Shown here: positions 23,453 to 35,334 of the stretch, one piece after another
How the letters are laid out: each line of letters begins with the position of its first letter
How positions within the stretch are numbered: the first letter of the stretch is position 1
Assembly (NCBI GenBank): GCA_016748015.1
Contig: JAAOMT010000441.1
Location: forward strand, 186,001 to 250,000
From: Geosiphon pyriformis uo1
Taxonomy: Eukaryota; Fungi; Glomeromycota
Direction of reading: 5' to 3'
DNA length: 64,000 nucleotides
Notes under the pieces: model-generated
What the model saw: only the letters and a program-made list of their open reading frames with translations
What the model was told of the DNA's origin: nothing
Databases searched by the model: none
Program-made: the position numbers and the translations under genes

Positions 23453-24140
23453 TAATCTCCTCCTCAAGACTGAGTTCTATCAAAGTCCAAGCACTATCTG
23501 TAATGTCAAGATAGTAGTCCAAGATGATTGAAGTGATTTGCTCTGAAAATTGTTGAAATTTCAGTTTTGTGAGCTTTTCAATGTATTGTATTTTCAATGG
23601 TTGAAGTATTGGGCTTTGTAAGACGTTTTCACAAGTATTAAACAAGTTATAGAATCTAAGAGCTGTTCTAAGTTTGTAGCAAGTGTTTGTTGATTCAGCT
23701 GCTGTCTTGAATTTATTGTGAATTTGTTTTTGTATGGCTTCTGGGGTGGTATTTGTTGCTTCAAGTTCTAGTTTTCGTTCATAAAGTGTTTTTCCAATGC
23801 AGAAATATTTAAATATAAGGATATGTTTATTGTTCTGTTCATTAAGTAATAGTAGAAGTTTTTGTTGTATTGTGGTATTTGGTGGAATGTCAATAGGGGC
23901 AGATAAAAAGTTTTCTTTTAGTGCCTGCTTCAAAAGTTCTGGTAACCTATTTTCAGAGTAACTTCTTGTTTTTCTTCTATAGGGGTGATAGTTCTGTAAA
24001 TGATTTACTACTGGGGCTGTGATTTTTTTCTGAATGTAATTAATTTGACTTCCATTAATCGTTATGGATAAGTCAGGAAGTGTTTTCAAGACTAATCTTA
24101 ACTTTTGGGATATTTGTTGAATATTTCGGAGAATAATCAT
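23433..24140 (-). CDS. ORF3 of E, 235 aa, unknown function (intact frame)
   Basis: Open frame with ATG between integrase and PPT; positional and weak sequence homologues in A, B, C, G, H. Confidence 0.75.
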   Translation of the reverse strand: MIILRNIQQISQKLRLVLKTLPDLSITINGSQINYIQKKITAPVVNHLQNYHPYRRKTRSYSENRLPELLKQALKENFLSAPIDIPPNTTIQQKLLLLLNEQNNKHILIFKYFCIGKTLYERKLELEATNTTPEAIQKQIHNKFKTAAESTNTCYKLRTALRFYNLFNTCENVLQSPILQPLKIQYIEKLTKLKFQQFSEQITSIILDYYLDITDSAWTLIELSLEEEIMLSVEF

Positions 24141-24289
24141 GATAAAATTGACTAATTATGAAAAGGAAGAATAAAGAAAATTATTTTTGGATATGGGGTT
24201 TTTATTTGTTTTTGGGTTTGGGTGTTTTTTGTAATTATTTACTATTTTTTTTTTGTCTTTGTGTTTTTATTAAAGAATTATTGTAAATT

Positions 24290-25674
24290 TTAAGTGTTCA
24301 AGTTTGGTTGTTGTTTTATTATAATTATTGTTCTAAATTTCGGGAAATATCTTTAGGATTAATTAAAGGGGAATGTGTACCAATTTGTGGAATTAATGGT
24401 TCAGGATTGTTTCTGGAATGATAGTGTTTCAATCTGTCTCCATGTGCAACTTTTGCTAGTATTTTGTTATCAAGTCTTAATTTGTATAATCTATTGCCTA
24501 GAATTTCGTGAATATAAAATGGTCCATCCCATTTATGTTCAAATTTTCCACTTTATTGTTTTTCAGTCTTAGTTCTGTGTAAGAGAACTTTATTTCTAAC
24601 TTTAAATTCGTTGGTTATGGGTGGTAATTTGTTGTCATGTCTTTCTTTTTGTTAAGCTTGGGACTGTTCAATATGAGTTGCTGCTATTCTTCTTTTTCCT
24701 TCCAGTGTACTAAAAAGAGTGTAGGCCTTTCTTTGGAGTGTTTCTTGAAAGTTCTCTTTATTAATTGGTTGCACAGGGTATGTTTCTACTGTGAAATTAA
24801 TTGGTAATATTGCTGTCTTTTCATAAGTAAGGTCAAATGGTGTGTGTTTCATAGTATTCTGTTTTAGTGTTCTGTATGCTAGTAACACTGATGGAATAAA
24901 GATATCCCATTTCTGCTCAAAATTTGTTAAGATTTTGGCCAACAATTCACACAATGTTCTGTTAAAATGTTCTACAAGTCCATTTGTTTGAGAGTGATAA
25001 GATAATGATAGAAGTCTTTTGACATTGAATTGTTCACAAATTTCTTGTATCAAGTTGTTCACAAAATGTGTTCCTTGATTAAATAAGAGTTCAATTGGGC
25101 ATCCATGTCTACAGATAATGTCTTCATAGATGAATTTTGCTACTGATTTTGCATCTGCTCTTTGGATGGCTCTAGCTTCAGGCCATTTGATAAGATAATC
25201 CACTACAACTGCAATATAACGATTTCTTTGGGTTGTGATAGGTAATGGTCTGACCAAATCAATTCCAACTCTGTTAAAAAGTTGTCCAACTTGGATTGGA
25301 TTTAAAGGTTCTGTGGGGCAAGTTTTTTCTCTTCTTTGACAACTATCACAAGATTCTACATATTGTTAAATGTTTTTTTGCATGTGAGGCCAAAAATAAT
25401 GTTCAAGAGTTCTTTGAATTGTTCCATTTCTTCCCAAGTGTGCTGAAGAAGGATCTGTGTGCATATTGTATAGAATTGTTTTTTTTTCATTTTTCTGTAC
25501 TAATCTGAGTGATTGGTTTGAATTTTTATGATTTTTGTAATAGATTTTGTTGTGGTGTATAAAATATTGTTTGGATTGGTGTTGTAATCGATGTTTTTCC
25601 TTTGGAAACCAATTTTCTGGCATGGTGAAAGTCTCCAAATAGTTTTTGATGTTGTTGTAGTTTTCTGAATCCAT
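24290..25674 (-). pseudogene. Integrase of E (separate ATG MDSENY...)
   Basis: HTDPSSAHLG, VDYLIKWPEA, NQGTHF, TNGLVEHFN, WDGPFY. Confidence 0.9.
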
Positions 25675-27574
25675 TGTTGTTGATTTTGTTGTTTGTTCTG
25701 CTATTAAGTTTGTTGGTGTTGATGTTGGTATTAATATTGTCTCATTCTTAAGAGGCTATCAACATTGGTGTGTAGTTTTTCTGGTTTGTGATGTACAATA
25801 TATCTGTAGTCTGCTAGGAAGTTATTCCATTAAGACTGTTTGGCACTTTGTTCAGTTTTCTTTTTATTAAGCCATTTAAGGCCAATATTGTTAGTTATTA
25901 TGTCAAATTTTTTTCCATTCTTTAAGTATTGTTGAAAGTGTTCGAGAGCCCAGATGACTGCAGTGGCTTCTAAATCAGTTGAGCCATATTTGAGTTCTGT
26001 CAGCTTGAGTGTTCTGCTGGCATAGGCAATAACTTGTTCTTGGCCATTTTCATCTAATTGTGATAAGATGGCACCAAATGCTATGTGTGAAGCATCAGTG
26101 GCTAATTGGAATCATTTGTTGAAGTCTTGGTAAGCAAAAACTGGAGCTGTTGTCAATTTTGTTTTGAGAGTTTTAAAAGCTTTTTGTTGTTCTTCAGTTC
26201 ATTTGTATGGTACGTTTTTGTTGGTAAGATAATTGAGTGGTTTGGCAATTTCTGAGAATTCTTTTATAAATTTTTGATAGTAAGAGGCTAATCCTATAAA
26301 TCTTCGTAGTTCTGTGGTATTTCTGGGAGTTTGAAAGTTTTTGACAGCACTGATTGTTTCAGGATTTGGTTTGACTCCATCTTTGCTAACAATGTGTCTG
26401 AGAAAGATTAAGTTTGTTTTTCCAAAGTAACATTTTTCAATGTTTAACTTCAATTCTGCTTTCCATAATCATTGAAAAACTTCTCACAGGTAGATAAGAT
26501 GAGTCTCAAAGTTTGGTGAGTATATATTAGTGTCATCAAAATAGACAACTACTGATTGCCACAAGAGTTCTTCATATACAACATCCATGAGTCACTGGAA
26601 TGTTGCTGGTGTATTGCAGAGTTCAAAAGGCATAACATTGAACTCATAGTTTCCTTTCTGGGTGGTAAATGCTGTTTTGGGTTGGTCTTTTGGGTCCATT
26701 TCGACTTGCCAGTATCCACTTTCCAAGTTTAAAGTTGAAAAGAACTTGGCTTTTCCTAGAGCATCTAGCATGTCATCAATTCTTGGAAGAGGGTAGGCAT
26801 CTCCAATTGTAATACTATTCAGTTGTCTATAATCAACACAGAATCTGATTTTTCCGTTTTTCTTTTTAAATAAAACTACTGGTAAGGCCCAAAGACTTCT
26901 TGATGGTTGAATCAATCCGTTATTGAGCATTCTTTGGACCTCTTCTCTGATGAATTGGTGGCTGGCAGGTGGCACTCAATAAGCTTGTTGATATTTTGGT
27001 AGAGCATCTCCTATATAGATCTGATGTTGAACAATGTCTGTTTTTCCCAAGTCATTGTTGTTTTTTGCAAATATATCTGCAAATTCAGCTATCAATTGTT
27101 TCAATTGTTTTTGTTGTTGAGGTTCTAAGGGACCCATGTTGATTCAAGAGAGTTTTTCTTCCAAAAAGTGGTAGTTTTCAGTAGTGAGAATGATATTTGG
27201 ATTTGGGAGTAGAGTGTGTCTTACAATTTCGATGAAATTAGAGACAATTTGAGGGTTTTCATCTTGAAAAATATTGCTATGTATGATTTCAATCTCTAGT
27301 TTGTTTAATAAGACAATAGGGTAATTATTGAGATTGTAGAATATAACTTGAAATTTTTTTATTCCTTTGGGAATATAAACGTTTGGAATTGAGATTTCAT
27401 GCTTCAAACAGATTTGTTCATTGGATTCAAAGATTTGTTGTGTAGTAGTGGATTTTAAGCAAGTGTAAATTTCGTGATGTTCTCCAAAAAATGAAATAGT
27501 AATTGGCTGGGAAAGTTGAAGAATCTGGTGAGATTCATTTTGTGTATTAAGAGCTATGTTTACTGGAACTGTAA

Positions 27575-27990
27575 ATTGTCCAGTTGAACCAAAACCTTGA
27601 GTTCCTTTTTCACTTTTTCCCAATTGTTCTCTGTTGTTTACTGATTGTAAACCCAAAATGTTGATTAAGGGTAAGTAAATTGCTTGAGCAATTTTTTCAG
27701 CATGTTCAATTTTGAATGGTTTGTCTGTTTCATTCTGTAACATGATGGTAATGTCTCCAGTGTATTCTGCATCTATAACTTCTTCTCTAATATTGATTCC
27801 TTTGCTTGCCAATGATGATCTGAAGGCAATTTGAACCATTGCTCCTGGTGGAATTTCAAGAGCAAATTTGAGATTGATTTTTGTCAAAGACTTTGGTTGG
27901 AGAACCAAAGTATCTTTTTTTGAGTATCTTAGATCATATCTGGCATCAATTTTATGTGCTTTTTCTGGTCTGATTCCTTGGCCATGGTTG
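27575..27990 (-). pseudogene. dut: dUTPase domain of E
   Basis: All five motifs recognisable, including C-terminal KGTQGFGSTG. Confidence 0.93.
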
Positions 27991-30900
27991 TCGAAGTATT
28001 TAAGTTGTAAAGATGATTGCTTTTCAAGAAGATAGATGGGAGTGGTTGGTAGTTTTTCTACTAGTTCAAATACTCCAAATTCGATTTCATTTTCATCATT
28101 CTCCTCTGGCAGGGGAATGCTAAGAGCATAGCATTCTGGACATCATTTGTCATCACAAGGCATAATGCATTCTTCACAGAATTGAATGTTCATTTGCTCT
28201 AATCATTGAATTTGAGCTTTTTGAGTCGGGTATATGTGGCTTGCAATTTGGTGGTAGATTTCTACTTCATCTTCATAATCAAATCCAGCTAATTCTATGG
28301 TATACTCAATGTATTCAGCTTTTTTCATTTGGTGGACATTTTCTTGGGTGGCTCTATTGATCAATGTCATTGCTAGGTCAAAAATTATTTCAGCATCATG
28401 AGGGTAGTAGTAAAGTTTATTAAGAGCACTGTTGTATGCTGCATCAAATGGTGTTCCTCTTCTGACTTTTTCCAAAATTGATAGAGCATATTGACAGGTT
28501 TGATCACATACTTCTCCTCTCATTGCAATATCAATCCAGTTGTATTCTTCTGGTAACATATCTCCACATGTAAGACAAGATGTGTTGTCCTATTTTCCAC
28601 TTCTTTTTGGAGATCCAAATCGTTTTCTATGGTATGCTTTGCAAAAGTAACAGGTACGAGTTTCATATTTCTCTTCTGGAGAAATACATGCTCTCATTGA
28701 TGAAAGTTTTTTGTTGCAATCTTTGCATTTGAGTAGAATATAGGGTGGTTGTTTCCGTGGTTCTGGTGTAGAATATCTAACTTTCTTCCATCCTTTTGAT
28801 TCTTCAAAAATCTTCTGTTCTGTTTCTTCAGCCCAATTGGATGTTGATCCAAGAGCCATGTAGGTTTCAGTAAGTGGCATTTCTTTCTCCTCTTTAAATT
28901 CAAATACTGGGGCTTTTTCTGATTGTTTGTTAAAAATACCACAAGTAACAGGTACAATGGTGTATTGTCCTTGGTATGAGATTTTTAATTCCTGAGTTTC
29001 CCAGTCCAAGTTTGCATTGGCCTTAAGAAGCCAATTATTTCCGACCAAAGCTTGGTATTGGGGTGCATCCATGACTAGAACTTTGACTGGAATGGTAATT
29101 TCATTAATGGTGAATAGAAAATTGTCAATTTCTCCTACTGGTGTCTTTTTCATACTATCTGTTATAACAATTACAGTTTGGGCTGGTCTGTTAACAGTTC
29201 TTTGAAGCTGTTGCATTAACTGATAGGTGATAATACTTCCAGCTGATTCACTGTCTAGAATTAGTCGGATGGGTTTTCCTTCTACTGTAGCTTTAGTGTA
29301 CATGGCAGTGATAGCTTTTTGTTTATTAGCTGTTGCATTACTAAGCAAGAATGGTGATTTATTTGCTTCAAATTCGAATGGAAATATATCTGAAAAGTTG
29401 GCATTTTGGGCAATTTGAGCTGGTGGAATAATGTTGTTGGAAGAGTTTGATTTAGGTGCTGCAACTTCACCTTCAAAAAGTGCAGGTTGTTGAAAATCCG
29501 ATTCCTCTGATATTGTAAGATAACTGGGTTGAGTGTGATAGTGATTGGGTTTTTGCTGACCAGAATTTTAAGAAACCAACTGGTTATTTGGATTAATTCT
29601 GTTGTTGTTATTCTGAAATTGATTTTGGGGTGTGAATTGGTTATGTTGAACCAATCTTCTTGCTGGTACTTGATATTGTTAAGTGGATGGTGTCTGATAT
29701 TGCTGAATTGGTAAAGGTTGCTGATATTGTTGTTGAATTGGTTGTGGAGCTGGTTGATAATAGCTGGTTTGAATTTGTGGTCTCGGTGAATAATAAGTTG
29801 GTAGTAAGGGTTGGTAATAAGATTGTTGTGGTGAAGAGTAATATTGATTACTCCTGTTTTGTTGGTCTCTTTGTAATTTTCTACAATCTTGTTTTCAGTG
29901 TCCTGGAATTCCACAATAATAACAATTTTGAGGTTGGTTGTTGAATGGTGATCCAAAATTGTTTTGGTTGCATCGTTGTGGAGGTTAATATCTTTGTGGT
30001 TGTTGTTGCTATTGTTGTTGGTTTGTGAAGTAGCTTTCAACCTTTTTTGTGAATTGGTCTATCTTTTTTTTAGCTGCTGAGCTGGTTTCTCTAATTGCAA
30101 GATTTACAAGCTTGGTGTGATTTGCTTTTTCCATTGCCATTTCATAGCTCTTTACATGTCTAATAGCAGTTGCTAAGTCTGCTAGAGCATATGGACGAAC
30201 TTTTTTAATCAGTTTGTCTTTTAACCCTGTTATAAACTGATCCAGAATTTGAGCATCAGAATAGTAGTCATTGGTTTCCAATTGTCGGATTTGTCTGAGA
30301 AGTTTGTTAAATCTTCCAAGATAGGTCATAACAGTTTCAGATGTTTTTTGTTTGATATTGTAAAAGCAGTTTCTGAGAGTGATAGAAATATTGTTGTCAG
30401 TGAATTGTTATAGAAAAGCATCTTTGAATGCTTGCCAGTTTTCAAATAGTTCTTCTAAATTTTCAAACCATTTTCTTGCTGTTCTTTGGAGAAAGTAGGG
30501 AATTGCTTTAAGCATTCTTGCTGCAATCCAACCATTTGTATCTCCTGCTTTTTGAACTTTGTCGAGCCATTCTTAAGAACTGGTATCATTATCTTCACTT
30601 ATGAATTCTGGAATCTTTGCAATGTAAGCAGTTGCCATTTTCTCTTCATTTTCTGTGGCTTCTCTTTGTTCTGATTCAGTTTCTTCACTTTCCAAATTTT
30701 CTGAATGATCACTTTCATTTTTCTGCAAGTATTCAATAATATTGGTGCTTGTTGATATAGATTCCTGCTGTTGAGTAGAATTTCTAGGTGACTGAAAATC
30801 TTCTGGTCTGGAGAAATGGTTAAATGGTGAATTTGGTGTTTGTGGTCAAGTAAGTAAAATTGGAAATGGTGTGATAGAAAGTGGTAATTTAACACTGATT

Positions 30901-31380
30901 CCTTGTTCAGGTGTTTGCAAGTGTTTGGCAGTTGGCTTTGGTAGTATTGGAGTGTTTGGAGCGGTTTTTGAGTGTTATTTCACTTTTTGTTTACCTTTGT
31001 TGCCTGTTTCTGTTTCTGATTCAAAGTCAAAAAAGTATTTAGACTGTACTGGGTATTTTTTTTCACAATACTTGATAATATTGTAATTGAATTCTTGAAA
31101 GTAGGTGGCAAGTGTTTTACTGTTAAGGTTTTTAGTTCCCAATCATGAATAGTGTACTAGATTATTGTAGAGGTTGCTTCTCACTTCTGAAATGTTGTAA
31201 TTTCTAAGAAGATAATTGTTGATACAGTTTTCAATGTATTGGTAGAGTGTTCTTTCAACAATTTCAATTCCATCTGAAATGTTGAATCTCTGCTTGCAAT
31301 GGGTGTAAATTGACTGATAATACTCTAGAGTTGTTGTATCTGGTGTGGTTGCCACTTTGAAGTTTGTTGTTTGCTGTGTT

Positions 31381-31400
31381 ATTTCCGTGGGAGAGCACCA
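31381..31400 (-). promoter_or_regulatory. PBS of E (TGGTGCTCTCCCACGGAAAT)
   Basis: TGG 2 nt downstream of the 5' LTR. Confidence 0.75.
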
Positions 31401-31402
31401 AA

Positions 31403-32382
31403 TGTTACTGGAGGTTTTTGGTCTCTTTTCTTGAATGTTGTAAATGTCTGTTGGTTGCAAATTCACGTTTTTTAGAAGTAGTGGAACCTCCAATAACTGA
31501 ATTTATCTTTAAATTATCTTCTATAATTTGAACTTGCTGAGCTTATAAGTGAAATGGCCAATTTCTTGCCAGTTACTTTATGTAGTTATGTTGTAGTAAA
31601 CATCAATTCTTTCCCAGGAATTGCTTGTCTGGAAGCTCACTAAAAATGTGTAATTACTTTGCTGTGAAAGTCAACTCTTCTACAGAAATCTTGTCTGTAG
31701 GCTACTCTAATGATTGTAATAAAAAAAGAAAAAAAAAATAAAAGAAATAGGATTTTATCAAGAGAAACGTTTTCTATCCAGGCCTGGAGTTACTAACAGT
31801 TTACTGAAATTGGTAGCTAATCAATTTCGAAATGTTAGTTGGGTTTTGGAGATTTTCCAAGTGCAATAATTAAAGAATTTGGTTTTTCAAATTATTTGAT
31901 ATTTATTTTTTTTTGTGTATATAGGAATGGTTCTAAGGGATAAATCTAAAGTAAGATATATTTTCTTGAAAAGAAAAGCTCTTCTTTTATACAACTTGTT
32001 GTAGTACTAGTCTATAAACTTGCACTTTTTCTCTTTGCTCAAATTTCGGCGAATTAAAGATATATTTTGATGGACTACAAGTTATTTTGCTGAACTATTG
32101 ATTAATTGGGTGAACTATTCATAATTTCGGCGAATTTCTTATAAATTTCGGCGAATTTCTGTAAATTTCGGCGAATTTTTGAATGTTACAAAGTTTAGGG
32201 TATTGTGTAATTTGATCATCCTACTTTTTGTTATACTAATTGGATTATTTAATTGAATCGTGATATGTGATAATTGATGAAATAATAAATGATAATTTGA
32301 AATAATATTACTATACTAATTAATTATAGGAATTATAAGGGTAATTTCATGCTAATTAATAGCTAAAATTCTACTGATAACA
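31403..32382 (-). repeat. 5' LTR of E
   Basis: TGTTATCAG...CCAGTAACA on the minus strand. Confidence 0.95.
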
Positions 32383-32405
32383 CTCACTTATAAACAAACA
32401 TAACA

Positions 32406-33717
32406 ATAGACTTGGATAACTACTTTGCATTAATGGAATTTTTGGATAAAGAACAATACCCACCAAAATACACTTAACAGCAAAGAAAACATTTGTGCAA
32501 ACAATTAAATTTCTATTTAATTCACCAAAACCAGTTATATAAAAGAAATAGAAAAGATCCTAACTGTTCTTAGAGAGTTATCAAATTTAAAGAAAAAAAA
32601 ATTGTAATTTATAACATATATACTGATCTATTAACTGAACACTTTGGAAAAACAAAAACAATTCAAAAAATCTTAGCTTGCTATTATTGGCCTACCTTGG
32701 AAAAAAACATTGCTAAATACATCAAAATCTGTAATTTGCCAAAGAAGAAAAAAACTCAATTGCAAAGAAGATATTTATCTAATCTTTGTTGGTTAATCAT
32801 TTGACAAAATTGATATAGATGTTGTTAGATTTTTAACAATAACTTCTAATGACAATAGATATATTATCACAACTACTGACTATTTTACAAAGTAAGTAGA
32901 AGCAAAAGCCACTTCAGACTAAACAGCAGTCTCAATAGCCAATTTTATTTATAAAAATATTATTTGCTATCATGACTGCTCCAAAGAACTTTTATTTGAT
33001 AGAGAAAGAGCTTTTCTTAGTACACTAGTTGAAGAACTTTGTAGAAAAATAAGAATACATAATAACTTTTTCTCTCCTTACCACTCTTAAACAAATGACC
33101 TAGTAAAACATTTTAATAGAACACTATATGAAATCTTAGCCAAAACCAGTGAAGAAACAAACTTATAGAACAAAATACTGTCTTTAGCTTTGTTTACTTA
33201 TAGAACTATAAATCATAACATAACAAATTATGAACCTTTTTATTTATTCTATGAATGCATAGCAATACTACTAATAGAAACTAATATTGAAGCAATACTC
33301 TTTGAAAAAATTACAATAAGGAATTATAAAGACATTTTGTAAAGAAAACTTGGTAATATTCTTGACTTATTGGTAGAAGCACAAATAATTGTCTTTGAAA
33401 AGATAAAACAGTTCCAAAAAAAGCTTAAGAAAAAGAAAACTCATAAAACACTTTCTTTAAGTGTTGATAACTTAGTATTGAAATATCATTTAGATAGAGA
33501 TAATGTTTATAGTAATAAATTCTCCAACTGATGGAAAAAATCTTTTTTAGTCAACAAAGTTTTGAACAATAGTTCTTATATTTTACAAGATCAATATAGA
33601 ACAATCTTTAATGATTACTTTGCTCATAATACATAACTCAAAAAATATTACAAATGACCTAATTGGTTGTTTGTTGTGGTAATATTGATCCAATTGATTA
33701 GTAAAAATCAAGTATAA
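32406..33717 (+). pseudogene. Integrase of C
   Basis: Decayed EHFGK..YYWP, DYFTK*VEA, TNDLVKHFNRTL. Confidence 0.8.
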
Positions 33718-33721
33718 ATAA

Positions 33722-34374
33722 ATGCACTATTCCCAAAACAGAAGTATTTTCAATTGACATGAACAATTATTCCTGAATCAAAACATTCAAAATGCTTTCT
33801 ATATTTTCTATGAGTATTGGATTAAAAATTATCGAAATACTACTCTGACTATTAGAAAACAGACCACCATAACCGATAACAGTAGAATATATACTGTTAT
33901 TAGACCAAAGAAAACAATTACCAAAAGAGAAAAAATTGATAACAAAATGGATAAATATCTGTTAAAAAGTATAACAGTAATAATACTTTTACTTTCTAGC
34001 ACAATTAGAAAAACAACCCAAGAAATCTTACTCATAAACAAAAACTTGTCATATAAAAGGCAATTAGAATTCTATAGTTGCCTTGGTAAAATCATAGAAA
34101 ATATGAAACTCATAAAAAAAACAACTTCAGAAATACAAACAAAAATTTTGGACATTATATAGTTAGATGTCCCAAGAGTTTTAACTATTGCTAAAAGAGC
34201 CAAAACTCTTATATAAAGATTTAGTCTCTTGAATACAAAACTTATTTTGCTTCAAATATTATACATCTTATTTACCAAAAACTTTAATAAACTAGTTAGC
34301 TTTGAGTTAGACAAGACTTTTCAATTAGATTATTCCATAAATAGCTTGATTTTGCTGAAGCTCAATCTCTTTAA
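33722..34374 (+). pseudogene. ORF3 of C
   Basis: ATG 33722 is in frame with ORFs 33947 and 34229; LEFYSCLGKII..IAKRAKTL; the pre-PPT motif reads LDFAEAQSL*. Confidence 0.6.
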
Positions 34375-34383
34375 AGAGAATAA

Positions 34384-35104
34384 TATTATAATTAAAACTT
34401 ATACTTTTTATTAATTATCACATGTGTTAGCCACTGATGTTATATAATTAGCCACCCTATTTTAAATAGTGATTATTGACCTAATCATTGACCTGATTAA
34501 TGACTTAATTATTGACCTAATTGTTAATCTGATCATTGACCTAGTTGTTGATCTAATTATTGACTATTTTCAATAGCTATATAAGTAATAAGTCTCTTAG
34601 CTATAAAAAAACATGATCAAAGTAATAAAATAAAACACTATTAATTATTTTCTTTTATATTGCTTATTTTTTTTTTCCTATCTTCAAGTATCTGAACATC
34701 TTGGAATAAAAGATTACTTGTTGGTATTTACATATCTTATTTTTTCTTTTTCTTGATTTGTATTTGTTAAAATTAGCTTAAAAAGCAATTGCTTGCTCTT
34801 GTGATTCATTGAATAAAAAAATGATTGAAAAACACAATAATATCTGTTATTAATTTTAAGAATTGTTGAATTAAGACATAGAATAATAGCAGTGGTGTTA
34901 TCTTGTTGACAATCACAGACTATTTCTCTATCTTCAGATTTTTAGAAAAGATTTGCAACTGTGATTTTTATGAAACTAATTATGCACATTAAATTCTTAC
35001 TTATTCAATTCACTCCCTTATTGTAATTTTTTTTGATTATTTCCATTATTCTATAATTCTGTTCTCTCTTGCTATCTATTAGCTTATTATTCTAACCCAT
35101 AACA
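34384..35104 (+). repeat. 3' LTR of C
   Basis: Direct repeat of 6584-7247. Confidence 0.9.
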
Positions 35105-35334
35105 ATATAATTTGTGTTATATAAAATTTTACATGTTTCTACTTTTTTTCTATATTACTTTTTAAAATGTGTTTATTTTTGAAAATATGTTTATTCTTTA
35201 AAAATATGCATATTTTTGAAAATGTATTATAATTTTCTAAAAATATGCTTACTTATTAAGTATTATTCTCCTATTGGTCTATTTTATGATTTGTTTTTTT
35301 ATCTTTTTTTTGTACTTTTTTTTTATGAGCAATA

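Larger units (their letters stand above)
25731..31493 (-). pseudogene. pol: gag-pol of E: capsid, CCHC knuckle, protease, Cys-rich domain, dUTPase, RT, RNase H
   Basis: ORFs starting at 30329, 29348, 28559, 27908, 26975 and 26453 are all in one frame; LILDSESAGS, RSSLASKG..VIDAEYTG..QGFGSTG, RT motifs. Confidence 0.92.
22461..32382 (-). mobile_element. Full-length dUTPase-encoding Ty3/Gypsy element E
   Basis: LTRs 22461-23452 and 31403-32382; TSD CTCC/CTCA; PBS 31381-31400; PPT 23453-23466. Confidence 0.95.
6584..35104 (+). mobile_element. Ty3/Gypsy element C (no dUTPase), interrupted by solo LTR D/element B and by element E
   Basis: LTRs 6584-7247 and 34384-35104; TSD ATAT/ATAT; internal parts 7248-7840, 18724-22460, 32383-34383 with CCHC-like knuckle, PR, RT, RH, IN. 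Confidence 0.9.
5972..35334 (-). repeat. 3' LTR of element H (G-family), split by element C into 5972-6583 and 35109-35334
   Basis: Matches the G-family LTRs (52599, 57580) in reverse; the two halves join across the ATAT TSD; PPT at 35335-35348. Confidence 0.75.

Noticed and set aside
23433-24140. ORF3 as env or chromodomain
   Set aside because: No signal peptide, TM helix or aromatic-cage chromodomain pattern visible
29282-30040. 252-aa alternative-frame ORF overlapping gag of E
   Set aside because: Low-complexity Q/N-rich region is stop-poor in the shifted frame; no motifs
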